A stretch of 63,187 nucleotides of DNA, the filler included, from Chiloscyllium plagiosum (Eukaryota): the NCBI RefSeq assembly GCF_004010195.1. It is 5 parts of one record of this genome, joined end to end, with 100 filler letters (N's around TTAATTAATTAA, not from the genome) between each part and the next. Parts side by side here need not be neighbours in the genome. Positions count along the whole stretch, not along the records: positions 11,231 to 42,779 come from NC_057714.1; 4 more parts are not named here. The stretch is one strand, 5' to 3'. The notes beneath the pieces are model-generated. The model saw only the letters and a list, made by a program, of their open reading frames with translations, searched no databases and was not told the DNA's origin. Made by a program: the position numbers and the translations under genes. Shown here one piece after another: positions 23,533 through 35,825 of this stretch (within the stretch, counting starts at the first letter, position 1; every line of letters starts with the position of its first letter).

Positions 23533-23857
23533 CATTGCGATGTAGTTTGACTTAATGCTCCTCAACTGCATTGTTGCTTCCTCAAAGTACAATTCTTTCT
23601 CATTGAGCTGGGATTATCTTTAATTTATAGATTCCCTACAGTGTGGAATCAGGCTGTTGTGAAATAGACATACTAGCCTTAAGCAAGTCAGGATCACTGT
23701 GAAGCAGACCGAGAAAACTAAGTGAGTCGGGAACACTGAAGCTAATCAGGATGAGTGTGATGGTCAGAATGGACCATCAAAATAAATCAAATTGTGATTT
23801 CACAGCAAAGGTGTGGGTTGATTGACTGTTGAGAATTACACCTTTATTTCCCTTCCT

Positions 23858-25862
23858 CCAAGAAAGTATATTCTCGTTAGGGTGAAAGGAAAGACTGGTA
23901 GGTAGAGGGAATGCTGGATGACTAAAGAAATTGAAAGTTTGGTTAAGAAAAAGAAGGAAGCATATGTAACATATAGACCGGATAGATCGAGTGAATCCTT
24001 AGAAGAGTATAAAGAGTACACTTAAGAGGGAAATCAGGAGGGCAAAAAGGGGACTTGAGATAGCTTTGGCAAATAGAGTTAAGGAGAATCCAAAGGGTTT
24101 TTAAAAATACATTAAGGACAAAAAGGTAACTAGGGAGAGAAAGGGCCCCTCAAAGATCAGCAAGGTGGCCTTTGTGTGGAGCTGCAGGAGATGGGGGAAG
24201 ATACTAAACGAGTATTTTGCATCAGTATTTACTGTGGACATGGAAGATATAAAATGTAAGGAAATAGATGGTGACATCTTGAAAAATGTCCATATTACAG
24301 AGGAGGAAGCACTGGATGTCTTGAAGTGATTAAAGGTGGATAAATCCCCAGGACCTGATCAGGTGTACCCGAGAACTCTGTGGGAAGCTAGAGAAGTGAT
24401 TGCTGGGCCTCTTGCTGAGATATTTACATCACTGATAGTCACAGGTGAGGTGCCGGAAGACTGGAGATTGCTAACGTGGTGCCACTGTTTAAGAAGGGTG
24501 GTAAGGACAAGCCAGGGAACTATAGACCAGTGAGCCTGACCTCGGTGGTGGGCAAGTTGTTGGGGGGAATTCTGAGGGACAGGATGTACATGTATTTGGA
24601 AAGGAAAGTACTGATTAGGGATAGTCAACATGGCTTTGTGCATGGGAAATCATGTCTTATTAACAAAGAGGATTGATGAACGGTAGATGTAATCTATGTG
24701 GACTTCAGTAAGGCATTCGACTAGGTTCCCCATGGGAGACTGGTTAGCAAGGTTAGATCTCATGGAATACAGGGAAAGCTAGCCATTTGGATACAAAACT
24801 GGCTCAAAGGTTGAAGACAGGGTTGTGGTGGAGGGTTGCTTTTCGGACTGGAGGCCTGTGACTAGTGGAGTGCCACAAGGATCGGTGCTGGGTCCTCTAC
24901 TTTTTGTCATTTATATAAATGATTTAGATGTGAGCATAAGAGGTACAGTTAGTAAGTTTGCAGATGACACCAAAATTGGAGGTGTAGTGGACAATGACGA
25001 AGATTACCTCAGATTACAATGGGATCTGGACCAGATGGGGCAATGGGCTGAGAAATGGCAGATGGAGTTTAATTCAGATAAATGAGAGGTGCTGCATTTT
25101 GGGAAAGCAAATCTTAGCGGGACTTATACACTTAATGGTAAGGTCCTAGGGAGTGTTGCTGAACAAAGAGACCTTGGAGTGCAGGTTCATAGCTCCTTCA
25201 AAGTGGAGTCACAGGTAGATAGGATAGCGAAGAAGGCGTTTGGTATGCTTTCCTTTATCAGTCAGAGTATTGAGTACAGGAGTTGGGAGGTCATGTTGCG
25301 GCTGTACAGGATATTGGTTAGACCACTGTTGGAATATTGCGTGCAATTCTGGTCTCCTTCCTATTGGAAAGATGTTGTGAAACTTGAAAGGATTCAAAAA
25401 AGATTTACAAGGATGTTGCTAGGGTTGGAGGACTTGAGCTATAGAGAGAGGCTGAACATGCTGGGGCTGTTTTCCCTGGAGCGTCGGAGGCTGAGGGGTG
25501 ACCTTATAGAGGTTTACAAAATTATGAGGGGCATGGATAAGATAATAGACAAAGTCTTTTCCCTGGGGTCAGGGAGTCCAGAACTAGAGGGTATAGGTTT
25601 AGGGTGAGAGAGGAAAGATATAAAAGAGACCAAAGCGGCAATTTTTTCACGCAGAAGGTGGTACATGTATGGAATGAGCTGCCAGAGGAAGTGGTGGAGG
25701 CTAGTACAATTGCAACATTTAAAAGGCATCTGGATGGGTATGTGAATAGGAAGGGATTGGAGGGATATGGGCCGGGTGCTGGCAGGTGGGACTAGATTGG
25801 GTTGGGATGTCTGGTCGGCATGGACGGGTTGTTTCTGCGCTGTACATTTCTATGACTCTGTG
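23858..25862 (+). mobile_element. CR1 (HER1-like) LINE, 5'-truncated 2 kb with disrupted reverse transcriptase and 3' tail
   Basis: DKSPGPD, GNYRPVSLTSVVGK, SQHGF, SGVPQGSVLGPLLFVIYINDL, KFADDTK, RDLGV, LVRPLLEYCVQFWSP, RRLRGDLIEVYKIM. Tail ctatgactctgtga. Several frameshifts and stops. Confidence 0.95.
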
Positions 25863-26283
25863 AGGAAATTAGTAATTTCTTGGATGATTAGATTTTTATT
25901 GTTAGTCAGGATAAAGTATTTAAGTTGACATCTTTACATGAAGTGACAACAGATGGATGGAATTGAGTAGTTGTTCCATGTTCATTCATTCAGAATAGAT
26001 TTTATTATTCACTAAATTAAGGAATGACAAGGCAGTTCTGAGTTTTGAAGTGTACATCCAAGTGAGAACTCCAAGGTGTTTCCCAAGACCCGAATATAGC
26101 CAAAATCATGAGGATCTAGATGATGTAGATAGGGATAAACTTCTCCCATTTGCAAAGGTATCAAAACAAAAGTAATTTGATAAGAGAAGCAAATATAGCG
26201 TGAGAAAAATCTTCTTCATGCAGTCTAGTATCCCCCTCCGACTATATCTCCATTTAGTCCCTGCCCTCCCCTTTCACTTTTTC

Positions 26284-26450
26284 ATCACGCAGCATTTTTC
26301 TTTGATGAGAAGGGTACTGCTTGTCACTAGCCACTTGTGTGTTGCCTTTCTTCCTGCTAGTGGAACATGAATAAAGTTTTATGCACATGTTGTTCATTCA
26401 CTGTGTCTTACACCTGTACACCAAACATGGGTGCTGGGAAAAAAAAGAAA
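26284..26450 (+). repeat. A-tailed retroposon 3' end (same family as 2461-3055)
   Basis: Colinear with 2461-2625. AATAAA and an A tail are present. Confidence 0.6.
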
Positions 26451-26739
26451 AAAAAATGGCTAGTACACGTTGTCTTTGTGTCGTGAAGGTAGGTTCAATT
26501 GAAATACTCAAAGAATGTATCATCTGTTCTCTGTAATTTTGCGCAATGACATCAAGCGAATCAATCAACCAGAAAGTCAATACAGCCATGAAGGGTGAAA
26601 CAGCTTCCTTTCGTACTGTAACAGTTCTATTAGCTTGTGTCGTCAGCCACAGCAACTTGAACTCCAGGTTTAAGAGCTTGAGGAGCAGTCGGTGTCAGTG
26701 CAATGTATTCACAATGTGGAATCCAGAATCATCAGAATT

Positions 26740-28555
26740 ATGACGACTGACTGGTTTATCCCATCCTCTTTCCTTGAATAGTAATACCACATTAGCTCTC
26801 CTCCAGTCCTCTGGCACATCTCCTGTGGGCAGAAAGGAATTTAAAGTGATTGCCAGCACCCCTGCTATTTTCTCCCTTGCCTCACTCAACAGCTTGGGAT
26901 GCATTTCATCCAATCATGGAAACTTCTTTACTGTTATGCCTGCCAAGCCACTCAAAACCTCTTCTCTGTCAATGCTAATTTATTTAAGTATATCACAGTC
27001 CTTCTCTCATTGTCCCTTTCACAAGTGAACTTTGACACAAAGTATTCATTTAGAACCTTACCAATATCTTCTAGCATCAAGAACAAATTACCACTATGGT
27101 GCTTAATGGGCCCTACTCTTTCTCTCACTATCCTTTTACCCTTAAAGCACTTACAAAATAACTGATATTTTATTTTATCTATCATTATACTTCAATGTTC
27201 CCTTTTTGCTCTTCTAATTTCTTTTTTTAAGTTCCCCGTTGGACAACCCCTCCTCAAGAGCTTCTGTTATTTTGAGCTCTCAGTACCTGCTGTAAGTCTC
27301 CCTGTTCCTCTTTATCCAATCCGCTATCCATGGTTCACTGGATTTGTTGGTCTCGTCCTTTATTTCTATTGGAACATGTTGCCTTGTAGTCTCTCTATTG
27401 TCTTCCTGTATACATTCCACTGCTCTTTCACAGAATTACCTAAAGTTACCTGCTTCCAGTCCACTGTGGATAACTCATATCTGACCTTGTTAAAATTGGC
27501 CTCTCCCTAGTTTAGAAATTTGATTTCCGGCCCATCTTTGTCCTTTCTCATAAGTCTTAAATCTAATGGAGTTATAATTGCAGTCTGCAAAATTCCCCCA
27601 CTGATATTTAAGCTGCTTGCCTGGTTTCATTACCTAAAATTAAAGTCCAGGACCATGCCTTTCTCCATGCTGCCTTCAAAGAATTCTGTTCCCTCTAAAC
27701 CTTTCACATAATGACTACACCAGTTACTTTTGGGAAAGTTGAGACCATTTTACTTTAACACTTCTTTGAAATTTGCTTACATACTTGTTCATCTATTTCT
27801 CTCAAACTCTCAGGGAGCCAGTGGCACACTCCCAGCAATGTGATTGCTCTATTTTGGTTAAGTTCTACCTATATGACTTTATTTGAGGAGCCTTCTAAGA
27901 TGTCATCTTTAGTGCTGAAAGTGAATCTCCGATCAATATTACAACCCCTCCTCCTTTATCTTCTACTTTGTCTCACCTGAAGACCCTATATCCTGGAATA
28001 TTGAACCACTAATCCTGCCCCTCCCCCAATCATATGTCAGTTATTGCAACATCATATTACCATGTTTAATTTGAGCCCACAGTTCATGTGCCTTGTTTTC
28101 CAGACTCCAAGCATTTTAAAACAAAATCCATCCTGCAAAACTCCCTTGTGCTTAACTGTCCTGTAACGTCTGTGCATTTCTGACTCAGTTGCTTTACTTC
28201 ATAATTTTGACAATGCATCTCCCTGCCCTTCACCACCCCCTGCTGAGCCTTCTCTCAGGAACTCACCACCCTGCTAAATTAGTTTAAACCTTCCCCAATA
28301 ACACTTGCAAACCTCCCTGTGAGGATGCTAGTTCCACTCAAGTTCAGGGTCTGGTCGTCCTTCCACTCCCAAAAATGGTTCCAATGTCCCAAAAATCTAA
28401 AGACCTCCTTCCTGCACTGTCTCTCCAGCCATGGATTTATCTGGACTAACGGCCTATTTCTACATTCACAAGTATGAATTCCTAATTCCCTAAATTCTGC
28501 TTGCAGGACCTAATTTCTTCTACTTTTATCATTTGATATCAGTACATACCATGAT
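26740..28555 (-). mobile_element. Older CR1 LINE fragment (ORF1 end, APE, RT start)
   Basis: MDEMHPKLLSEAREKIA...GDVPEDWRRANVVLLFKE and RERVGPIK...VLNEYFVSKFT. The ORF1/ORF2 junction motif ggtttaaactaatt lies near 28280. Confidence 0.75.
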
Positions 28556-28559
28556 CTGT

Positions 28560-28830
28560 CTGTTAGCATAGCTGCCTCACAGCGCCAGAGAGCTAGGTGC
28601 GATTCTACTCTCAGGTGACTGTCTTTGCGGAGTTTACACATTCTTCCTGTGTCTCCCCGTGCTCTGGTTTCCTCCCACAGTCCAAAGATGTCCAGATGAG
28701 GTAGATTGGCTGTGCTGATTTGCCCATTGTGTCCAGGGATGCGCAGGCTACATGTGATGCTCTTTGGAGGGTTGGTGTGCGCTTGATGGGCTGAATGGCC
28801 TGATTCCAAACTGTAGGGTTTCTATAAATT
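28560..28830 (+). mobile_element. HE1-type SINE (diverged)
   Basis: gttagcatagctgcctcacagcgccagaga head, ggtttcctcccacagtccaaagatg core, CR1-like tail. Confidence 0.8.
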
Positions 28831-29329
28831 AAATAAGGAAGAATTGTTGTTTGAGGAAACAACAGTGCAGTTGAGGAGCATTAAGTCAAACTACATCTCA
28901 ATGAATAACCTTGCAGTCAAATGTTTTACCTTAGTATCTTTTCACTGTTACTGATGGCCATCTAACTTGGAGGAGTTAGGTAACACAACTTAAATGCATA
29001 TGGTATATTCTTAACAATGATCTTGGATCCAAGTTTTGCGTTCTGCCCAACTGAAAGAACATTTTTAGTTGGTGAGATACAAACCAAAAAGAGCAAGCGC
29101 AAATGAACAAGGATGACACCAAATTCTTATTCCTTACAAAAATTGTTTCCAGAGTGTAGACAATGGTTTGACAATGAACTGGTGTTGCTAGTGGAAACTA
29201 TTCTGAATTGTCAGATTTTGTACAGAATGTACAAAATTTATAAGTAAGAGCATTTATGAGTTTGCCAGAGACTTGCTCATATAAAAACAGCGTGAAAAGA
29301 GCTCCAGTTATTCCGCAAGACAGAAATTA

Positions 29330-30090
29330 TTGAGTCAGACAGCACAGAAACAGGGCCTTCAGTAAATCCGTCCATGCGACCAGGTTTCCTAAACTGAATG
29401 AGTCCCATTTGCCTGTGTTTGGCCCATAACCCTTTAAACCTTTCCTATTCATGTACTTGCCTAAACATTTTTATTTTACCCACTTTTACCACTTCCTCTG
29501 ACAGCTCTGGTAGAAGTGGGTAAAATTACAATATCAGCACATATGCACCATTTGTGTGAAGAAGTTGCCCCTCAAGTGTCTTTTTAAACCTTTTCCTCAC
29601 CTTAAACCTGTGCTCTCTAGTTCTGGACTCCCCCTATCCTGGGGAAAAAGACCTTGACTATTCACCTTATCTATCCCCTTGCAATTTTACAAATCTCTAA
29701 TACGTCATCCCTCATCCAATTACACTCCCCAGGGGAAAAAACATTCCAGACTATTCAGCCTGTCTCAGTCTCTTCAATCTCAGTAACATCCTTAAGTCTT
29801 CTTGTACCCTTTCCAGTTTAATAACATCCTTCCTACAGCAGGGCAGCCTGAGTTGTACGCTGTACTCCAAATGTGGCCTTACCAATGTACAGCTGTTCCA
29901 ACTTCTACATTCACTGCTGTGATTGATAAAAGCAAGCAAGCCAAGAGCTTTCTTTACCAATCTGTTTCCCTGTGATGCTGCTTTCAAGGAATATGTACCT
30001 ACACCCCAGTCTCTCTATTGGACAACACAGCCTGGGGCCATAACATTAACCATGTAGGTCCTGCCCCTGGTTTGTCTTACCCAAATGCCA
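29330..30090 (-). mobile_element. CR1 3' portion
   Basis: TLVRPHLEYSVQL...KDVIKLERVQ on the minus strand plus the 3'UTR. Confidence 0.85.
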
Positions 30091-30335
30091 TTACTGGAAT
30101 ATACTTTGTGATGAACTAGTCTAAGCAATGTACTACAAATAAAAGCGTGTTGTATATTTTGTTAGGAAGTTTACAGAGAGTTGTCTTGTGGCTGAAGTTC
30201 ATAGCTGTAAGTAGTGCTGGAACGCAGCAGCTTCCTGCACAGACCAACCTCTACCACCAGGTGGAGGCTGATCAAAGTAAAAATAATAGAGAGCTGTACA
30301 GCATGGAAACAGACCCTTGGGTCCAACTCGTTCAT

Positions 30336-30530
30336 AGTCAAGATTAGAGTGGTACTGGAAAAGCACAGCAGGTCAGGCAGCATCCGAGGGGCAGGAAAAT
30401 CGACGTTTCGGGCAAAAGCCCTTCATCAGGATTCCTGCTCCTCGGATGCTGCCTGACCTGCTGTGCTTTTCCAGCACCACTCTAATCTTGACTCTGATCT
30501 CCAGCATCTGCAAATCCTCACTTTCTCCTA
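30336..30530 (+). mobile_element. PLE-derived fold-back mini-element (family 2) with perfect 15-bp TSD, nested in a CR1 tail
   Basis: Arms 30336-30397 and 30432-30493. TSD GTCCAACTCGTTCAT at 30321-30335 and 30531-30545. Confidence 0.92.
30398..30433 (-). ncRNA. Minimal type-I hammerhead ribozyme motif (PLE family 2)
   Basis: Minus strand AATC-CTGATGA-A-GGGC-TTTT-GCCC-GAA-ACGT-C-GATT. Stem I can be extended by the element's inverted arms. Confidence 0.72.
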
Positions 30531-30689
30531 GTCCAACTCGTTCATGCCGACCAGACATCCTAACATAGGATACCAGCCGGTATCCCTCTAAACTCTTCCC
30601 ATCCAGATTCCTTTTAAAATGTTGTTTGTCAATCGTATTTTGTACAAAATGCAAAATTAAAAACAGTACCATGTTGTATTTTATATTTA

Positions 30690-32330
30690 GTTGTGTCGTT
30701 TACCGTTTCTGTTATTTCAGTTAGCAATGCACGCTGTTGTACGTTTGGGACACTGGCTAGAAACCGTGCAAAGAAATCTCCACCCAGTTTTAACATTAAT
30801 CCCAATGTGGAATCAGTTAATTTTTTCACTTAAGATGTAGCTTTTTTTTTAAGAAACGGCACTACGACTTATCTAAATAAGCTATTACAACAGTACATTT
30901 AAATGAGAACAAAGAAAAAAAACCCGAGGAGGGTCCAGTGCAGAGCAACAACTATCATGGAGAAATCGAGCCGAATTTCCAGTTTCTGCATAAAAATAAG
31001 AACTGCTGTCCTTTAGCCATTAGCGACCATTTTATAACGGGATGCTTAAGGACATTTTGATTAATACACGAAGTTGCAATCTGGCCTGTGGAAGTTGTAT
31101 TTTTTTCTGTTAACCTATAAAAAACGATACAGCGACCTGGGTCACTGGATTGGGAGCGTCAACTCTGCTTTCTCTCTACAGTTACCTGCTGAGTTACGCC
31201 AGGAGACCATCCACAGGCACGTATCCGAAAAGAAACCACGGTGAAACTAAAAGAGAGTGATAAATGAAATGCCCGCGGTTGTGACACCTAAATGCCTCCT
31301 GAACGGGGCTGGGGCTGGGGTGCAGCGCCTTCCCCCTGAGCCCTGGCCTCGGGATGGGGCGGGGGATGGGAAGGTTACTGGCAGGCCCCAGCCCCAGCCC
31401 CGGCTCTGGGAGAAGGGGCGTTGCTCAGGAGAAGGAGAAGGAGAAGGAGAAGGGGGGGGATGAGGTTTGCAGCCCGAGCTCACACAGCCGGGCGGTATTC
31501 GCGTTATCCGCTGCATTGATGAGTGGCGGGACCTGCTCTGGCTTGTGGCTGGGATTCCTAGGATCGCTTTGGATTTTGCTTCTAAATGCCGGTGGACGAA
31601 TCAATAGTGTAAACTTCAAACCCCTCGAACAACAAAACAAAACAAAACCCCTAGAAACGACACGCCGAGCGCCTGTGCGTTGTAATTTTGAGTTTTCCCA
31701 CCCCCCTCTCTCTCTCTCTCAAGCCTGGAAACTGCGTAGCCAGCTGAACGATTCCCGTCCTGCGCTGTAGCTCTGTTTTCTTTTCCATCTGTCTGGAATT
31801 TGGGATGGTGTGGTGGGCTGTGATGATATAGCATGAAGCCTGGAGGATGGGAGCGAATAATGGCAAACAGTGCGGCAGTGAGGGTAAGTTTTATGAGGTG
31901 AACCTCGACAGACTGAAAACAAAAGTTTGTGTTGCGGAAAACGCGACCAACCCCGTTTTTTAAAGTTTCCCTCGACTGCCTGTTTGGACTCCCGGGAATG
32001 CCTTTGTAAAATTGCTTATTGTTTATTATTACTTATGGGCTAGTCCATTCAGACGGTGTCTGGCAAACGCTGTTCGTCGTCTTCGCTTGATTCCAAAAGT
32101 GGCAGTCTTGACTGAAACGTGAAGCGAAAATGACAGAGTTGGAGTTAAAATAACCAGGAGCAAAACTAGGAGGGAGCAGCTGAGTATAAATGCTGTTTTT
32201 CCGTTTTGGAATGGGAGACTGCGAAGAAATGTTTGCACCCATGAATTAAAACACTGTTGGAGTCGACGACTGATTTGCTTAGCTGATGTCTGTTCTCGCA
32301 ACTTTTTAAGTGTATGGGTTTGATGTTAGT
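30690..32330. promoter_or_regulatory. CpG-rich promoter / 5' region of FBXL7
   Basis: The only long non-transposon stretch with conspicuous CpG retention. GC box GGGGCGGGGG at 31356-31365. It surrounds the first coding exon. The TSS cannot be determined from sequence. Confidence 0.75.
31847..31883 (+). CDS. FBXL7: F-box/LRR-repeat protein 7, first coding exon (37 nt; MGANNGKQCGSE + G, phase-1 donor)
   Basis: AGG-ATG-G Kozak context. The translation matches the vertebrate FBXL7 N-terminus as I recall it (human MGANNGKQYGSEGKGSSS...). It is followed immediately by a consensus donor G|GTAAGT and lies inside a CpG island. Confidence 0.93.
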
Positions 32331-32847
32331 ACAACTCTCCACAATTTGAATTGAAATATGTCCATCTAAACATTGTTACTCGGACAATTCAAAACTGCTT
32401 GGACCAATTTTAAAAAAAATCTATATTTCTAAAGGCTTAAAGGTCTGAATGTCACACTTGAATTGCACAATCTTGCTTCCGTTTCTTAAAATGTTTTGTG
32501 CAGCCATTCGGGTTACTCTAGTTCATCCTAGATTCCGAATTTAGTTTTGTTGACTTTTAAATAGCAGCTAAATATTTCTATAGGGAGGAGCAGTCACTTG
32601 CCGCCATTTACAGTGGAATTGTTAGTATTATCTGGATGGGGTAGTTGAATAGGAAGCATTAAGAGGGATGTGGGCCAAATGATGGCAAATGGGGCTAGAT
32701 TAATTTAGGATATCTGGTCAGCATGGATGAGTTGGATTGAAGGGTCTGTTTCCATGCTACACGGTACTATGATTCTCTGATTCTATCACCAGAAAAGGAC
32801 TTGGTTGTGTGGCATATCTCTATCCTTTTGATACATATATCCAAACT

Positions 32848-33125
32848 TACACTGCTGCCTCACAGCGCCAGAGACCCGGATTCAATTCCTGACTCAGGCG
32901 ACTGACTGTGTGGAGTTTGCACATTTTCCCCGTTTCTGTGTGGGTTTCCTCCGGGTGCTCCGGTTTCCTCCCACAGTCCAAAGATGTGCACATCAGGTGA
33001 ATTGGCCATGCTAAATTGCCCGTAGTGTTAGGTAAAGGGGTAAATGTACGGGAAATGGGTGGGCTTCGGCGGGTCGGTGTGGACTTGTTGGGCCGAGGGG
33101 CCTGTTTCCACACTGTAAGTAATCT
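32848..33125 (+). mobile_element. HE1-type SINE (young, slightly 5'-truncated)
   Basis: Highly similar to the full copy at 47858-48172. Confidence 0.9.
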
Positions 33126-33679
33126 TAAAAAAAAAAGTGTGAACACATAAATAACACATTCAGGAAAATGACTTAAAACATCATTAAGGAAGAACAAGGA
33201 AACTTCATAAGGCTGTCTTAGTCCCTGCGAGGCAAAATATAATTTAACTTGCTTCAACATGGTAGGTAATTCAGAAAATGTGTGCAGAAAGGAAAGTTTG
33301 TAATGGAAGCAGTTTATCAGATATTGGGATTTCAAGTACAGTTCAGCATAAATTAAAATTTAATACAGGAACAATCTTACATTGCATTCAAACTCCTATG
33401 CCTGAATTTCCAGTAATCACAACACACGACCCATACTGGGGCACACGTTTGTAAAATCTACCCTTTGATTTATCAAGCTTAGCACCAGGACAAATTCCTG
33501 GCATGTTTAAGAGGCAGTTTTCTAGAGGAAGATATTGAAGAGCCCAATAAACAAGAGAATGCTGGAGAAGTTCAGCAGTTCTGGCCAGACCTGCTAGGTT
33601 TGTCCAACCGTTTTTTTTCTTCAAGGTTTCCAGCAGGCAAAGTATTTTGCCCTTATTTGAAATCAATTATTTGTTCATT

Positions 33680-34283
33680 TTAAAAATCTCAACACCAGGT
33701 TATAGTCCAACTGTCCTATTTGGAGGCACTAGCTTTCAAAGCACTGCTGCTTCATCAGGTGGTTGTGAAGTATGACCGCAAGACGCAGAGTTTATAGCAA
33801 TAGTTTAGTGTCATGCAGCTGAAACTGTATATTGAACAAATTTAGATGAAGCCTTTCATCTTTTAGAATGGGTTTGCTTGTTTCAGTTCTTTAATATGTA
33901 AATCCCAGACTACTTTTTAAGTCGCATTCTCAAGATAAGGTTTTCTAACAATAGGTGCCATCTCAGCTCAGACAATGCATTAAAGGTCTGAGGTTAAAGT
34001 CTGTCTCTGTCCCAATCTTGAGTCAGACTGGTTCTATTTCTAAAGTGGGATTTATAGAATATTGCATGGATTGACTATGGGTTATGCATTTTTTTGAGCA
34101 AAATAGAATATATCTGCAAATAAAGGTTTCATGGGGTGTTTTATGGACCTACTTCACAAGCACCTGATGAAGAAGCAGTGCTTCAAAAGCTAATGCCTCC
34201 AACTAAACCCGTTGGACTATAACCTGGTGTTGTGAGATTTTTAACTTTGTCCCCCTGGTCCAACACTGGCTCCTCCAAATCAT
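33680..34283. mobile_element. PLE-derived fold-back element (family 1), long left arm
   Basis: Terminal inverted segments about 33680-33772 and 34150-34245 with degenerate hammerhead motifs. The internal part resembles the reverse complement of the 3' region of 59315-60576. Confidence 0.8.
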
Positions 34284-34554
34284 TGTTTGTTTTACTTGAC
34301 TTTTAAATGTTGTGACTTGGATGATATAAATGTGAGCAAACTTTGGTTTAGAGCATGATCAAAGAACTAAACACAAATTTAAAATTAATGAGCTGCAAGT
34401 GAAGCCATTGATTAGATTAACATTAGATTACTTGTCTTCACGGGTGGTGAATATATGCAACTAATTCCCACAGAAAATAACTGAGAGTCAGTTAACTGGT
34501 GGAAAATGGAATTTGATGAATGGCTGATTAGGAATCGGTTTTGAAGGTTCAGAT

Positions 34555-35825
34555 GTTTTTCACTGGAGCGTACAAGGTTGAGGGGTGACTTTAGAGGTTT
34601 ATAAAATAATGAGCAGCATAGATAAGGTGAATAGCAAAGGTCTTTTCCCTAGAGTGGGGGTGTTTAAAACTAGAGGGCATAATTTTAAGGTGAGAGGAGA
34701 AAGATTTAAAAGGGACCTGAAGGGCAACTCTTTCTCACAGACAGTGATTAGATTAGATTCCCTACAGTGTAGAAATAGGCCCTTCGGCCCAACAAGTCCA
34801 CACTGACCCTCGAAGAGTAACCCACCCAGACCCATTCCCCGACTCCCTACTAATGGGAGAATATCACTGTGGGCAATTTAGCACGGCCAATTCATCCTGA
34901 CCTGTTTGGACTGTGGGAGGAAACCAGAGCACCCGGAGGAAACCCATGCAGACACACGGAGAATGTGGAAAGTCCACACACAGTCACCCGAGGCTGGAAT
35001 CGAACCCGGGTCCCTGGTGCTGCAAGGCAGCAATGCTAACCACTGAGCCACCAAGCTACATGTGGAATGAACTGCCACAGGAAATGGTTGATATAAGTAC
35101 AGTTACAACATTTAGAAGACATTTGCACAGTTTTATGGACCAGGTTACATCCCTCAAACTATTTTAAGGTAGCCTAGACCTTAACCTTTCTTATCCACTT
35201 CACATCTGCCTTCAGAATATTTCAGGTGTGGTGCAATTGGTCAAAGCACTTGGTCTTAAGCAAATCAATTTATTTAAGCACTCCACTTGAAACACAAACA
35301 AAAATGAAATTTAGAATAATTTAACTATTGGAAAATTTAGCTGACCTGATATAGCAACTTATAAGGAACTGTTCCAATCCAGTAACAGCCTGTAAACAAA
35401 CCCCTAGACAAAAAGCTAAATTGAAACACAGGCAGGAGGGAACAACATCCAAAGAGATTTTAGTGATAGTTAGTCAGGAATTATCTGCTGAAGCTGCAAC
35501 CTTTCTTGGTATCTAGCATCTTGTGACTGTTACAGCTAAACCAAGCTGGAAGAAACCTGAACTGGGACAACTGACCACCCTCCTGCCATTATTAAACTAG
35601 ACTCTTTCTAGATCTCTCGGCACTTCTGCCTTTATGACCTCTTTTAAAAGAAAACCCAAGGACAGGATAACCTTCTTAATGTGACAGCATCATCACAAAT
35701 AGGAAAGGTTTAGAGGGATATGGACCAACCGCAGGCAAATGAGACTAGTTTAATTTGGGAAACTTGGTTGGCATGGACAAGTTGGACTGAAGGGTCTGTT
35801 TCTGCACTGTGTGACTCAGACTCTA
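34555..35825 (+). mobile_element. CR1 3' end split by an HE1 SINE (34747-35056) and a ~565-bp LTR-like insertion (35131-35697)
   Basis: LEVYKIMSSIDKVNSKGLFP...RGHNFKVRGERF resumes after each insertion (tgtggaatgaactgcc at 35061; aataggaaaggtttagagggatatgg at 35698). Confidence 0.82.
34747..35056 (-). mobile_element. HE1-type SINE
   Basis: ttagattagatt tail, core and head in reverse orientation. Confidence 0.88.

Noticed and set aside
31138..31250. Apparent splice signals on both strands (plus acceptor at 31181; minus 61-nt exon 31186-31246)
   Set aside because: 31138-31203 resembles a decayed PLE terminus (aactctgctttctctc.acag...acctgctgagtt), which explains the signals. No recognisable peptide. 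A divergent non-coding exon cannot be excluded without RNA data.
31247..31922. Several 67-138 aa ORFs on both strands in the CpG island
   Set aside because: Low-complexity products of GC-rich sequence with no recognisable homology. The supported coding signal is the 37-nt FBXL7 exon.
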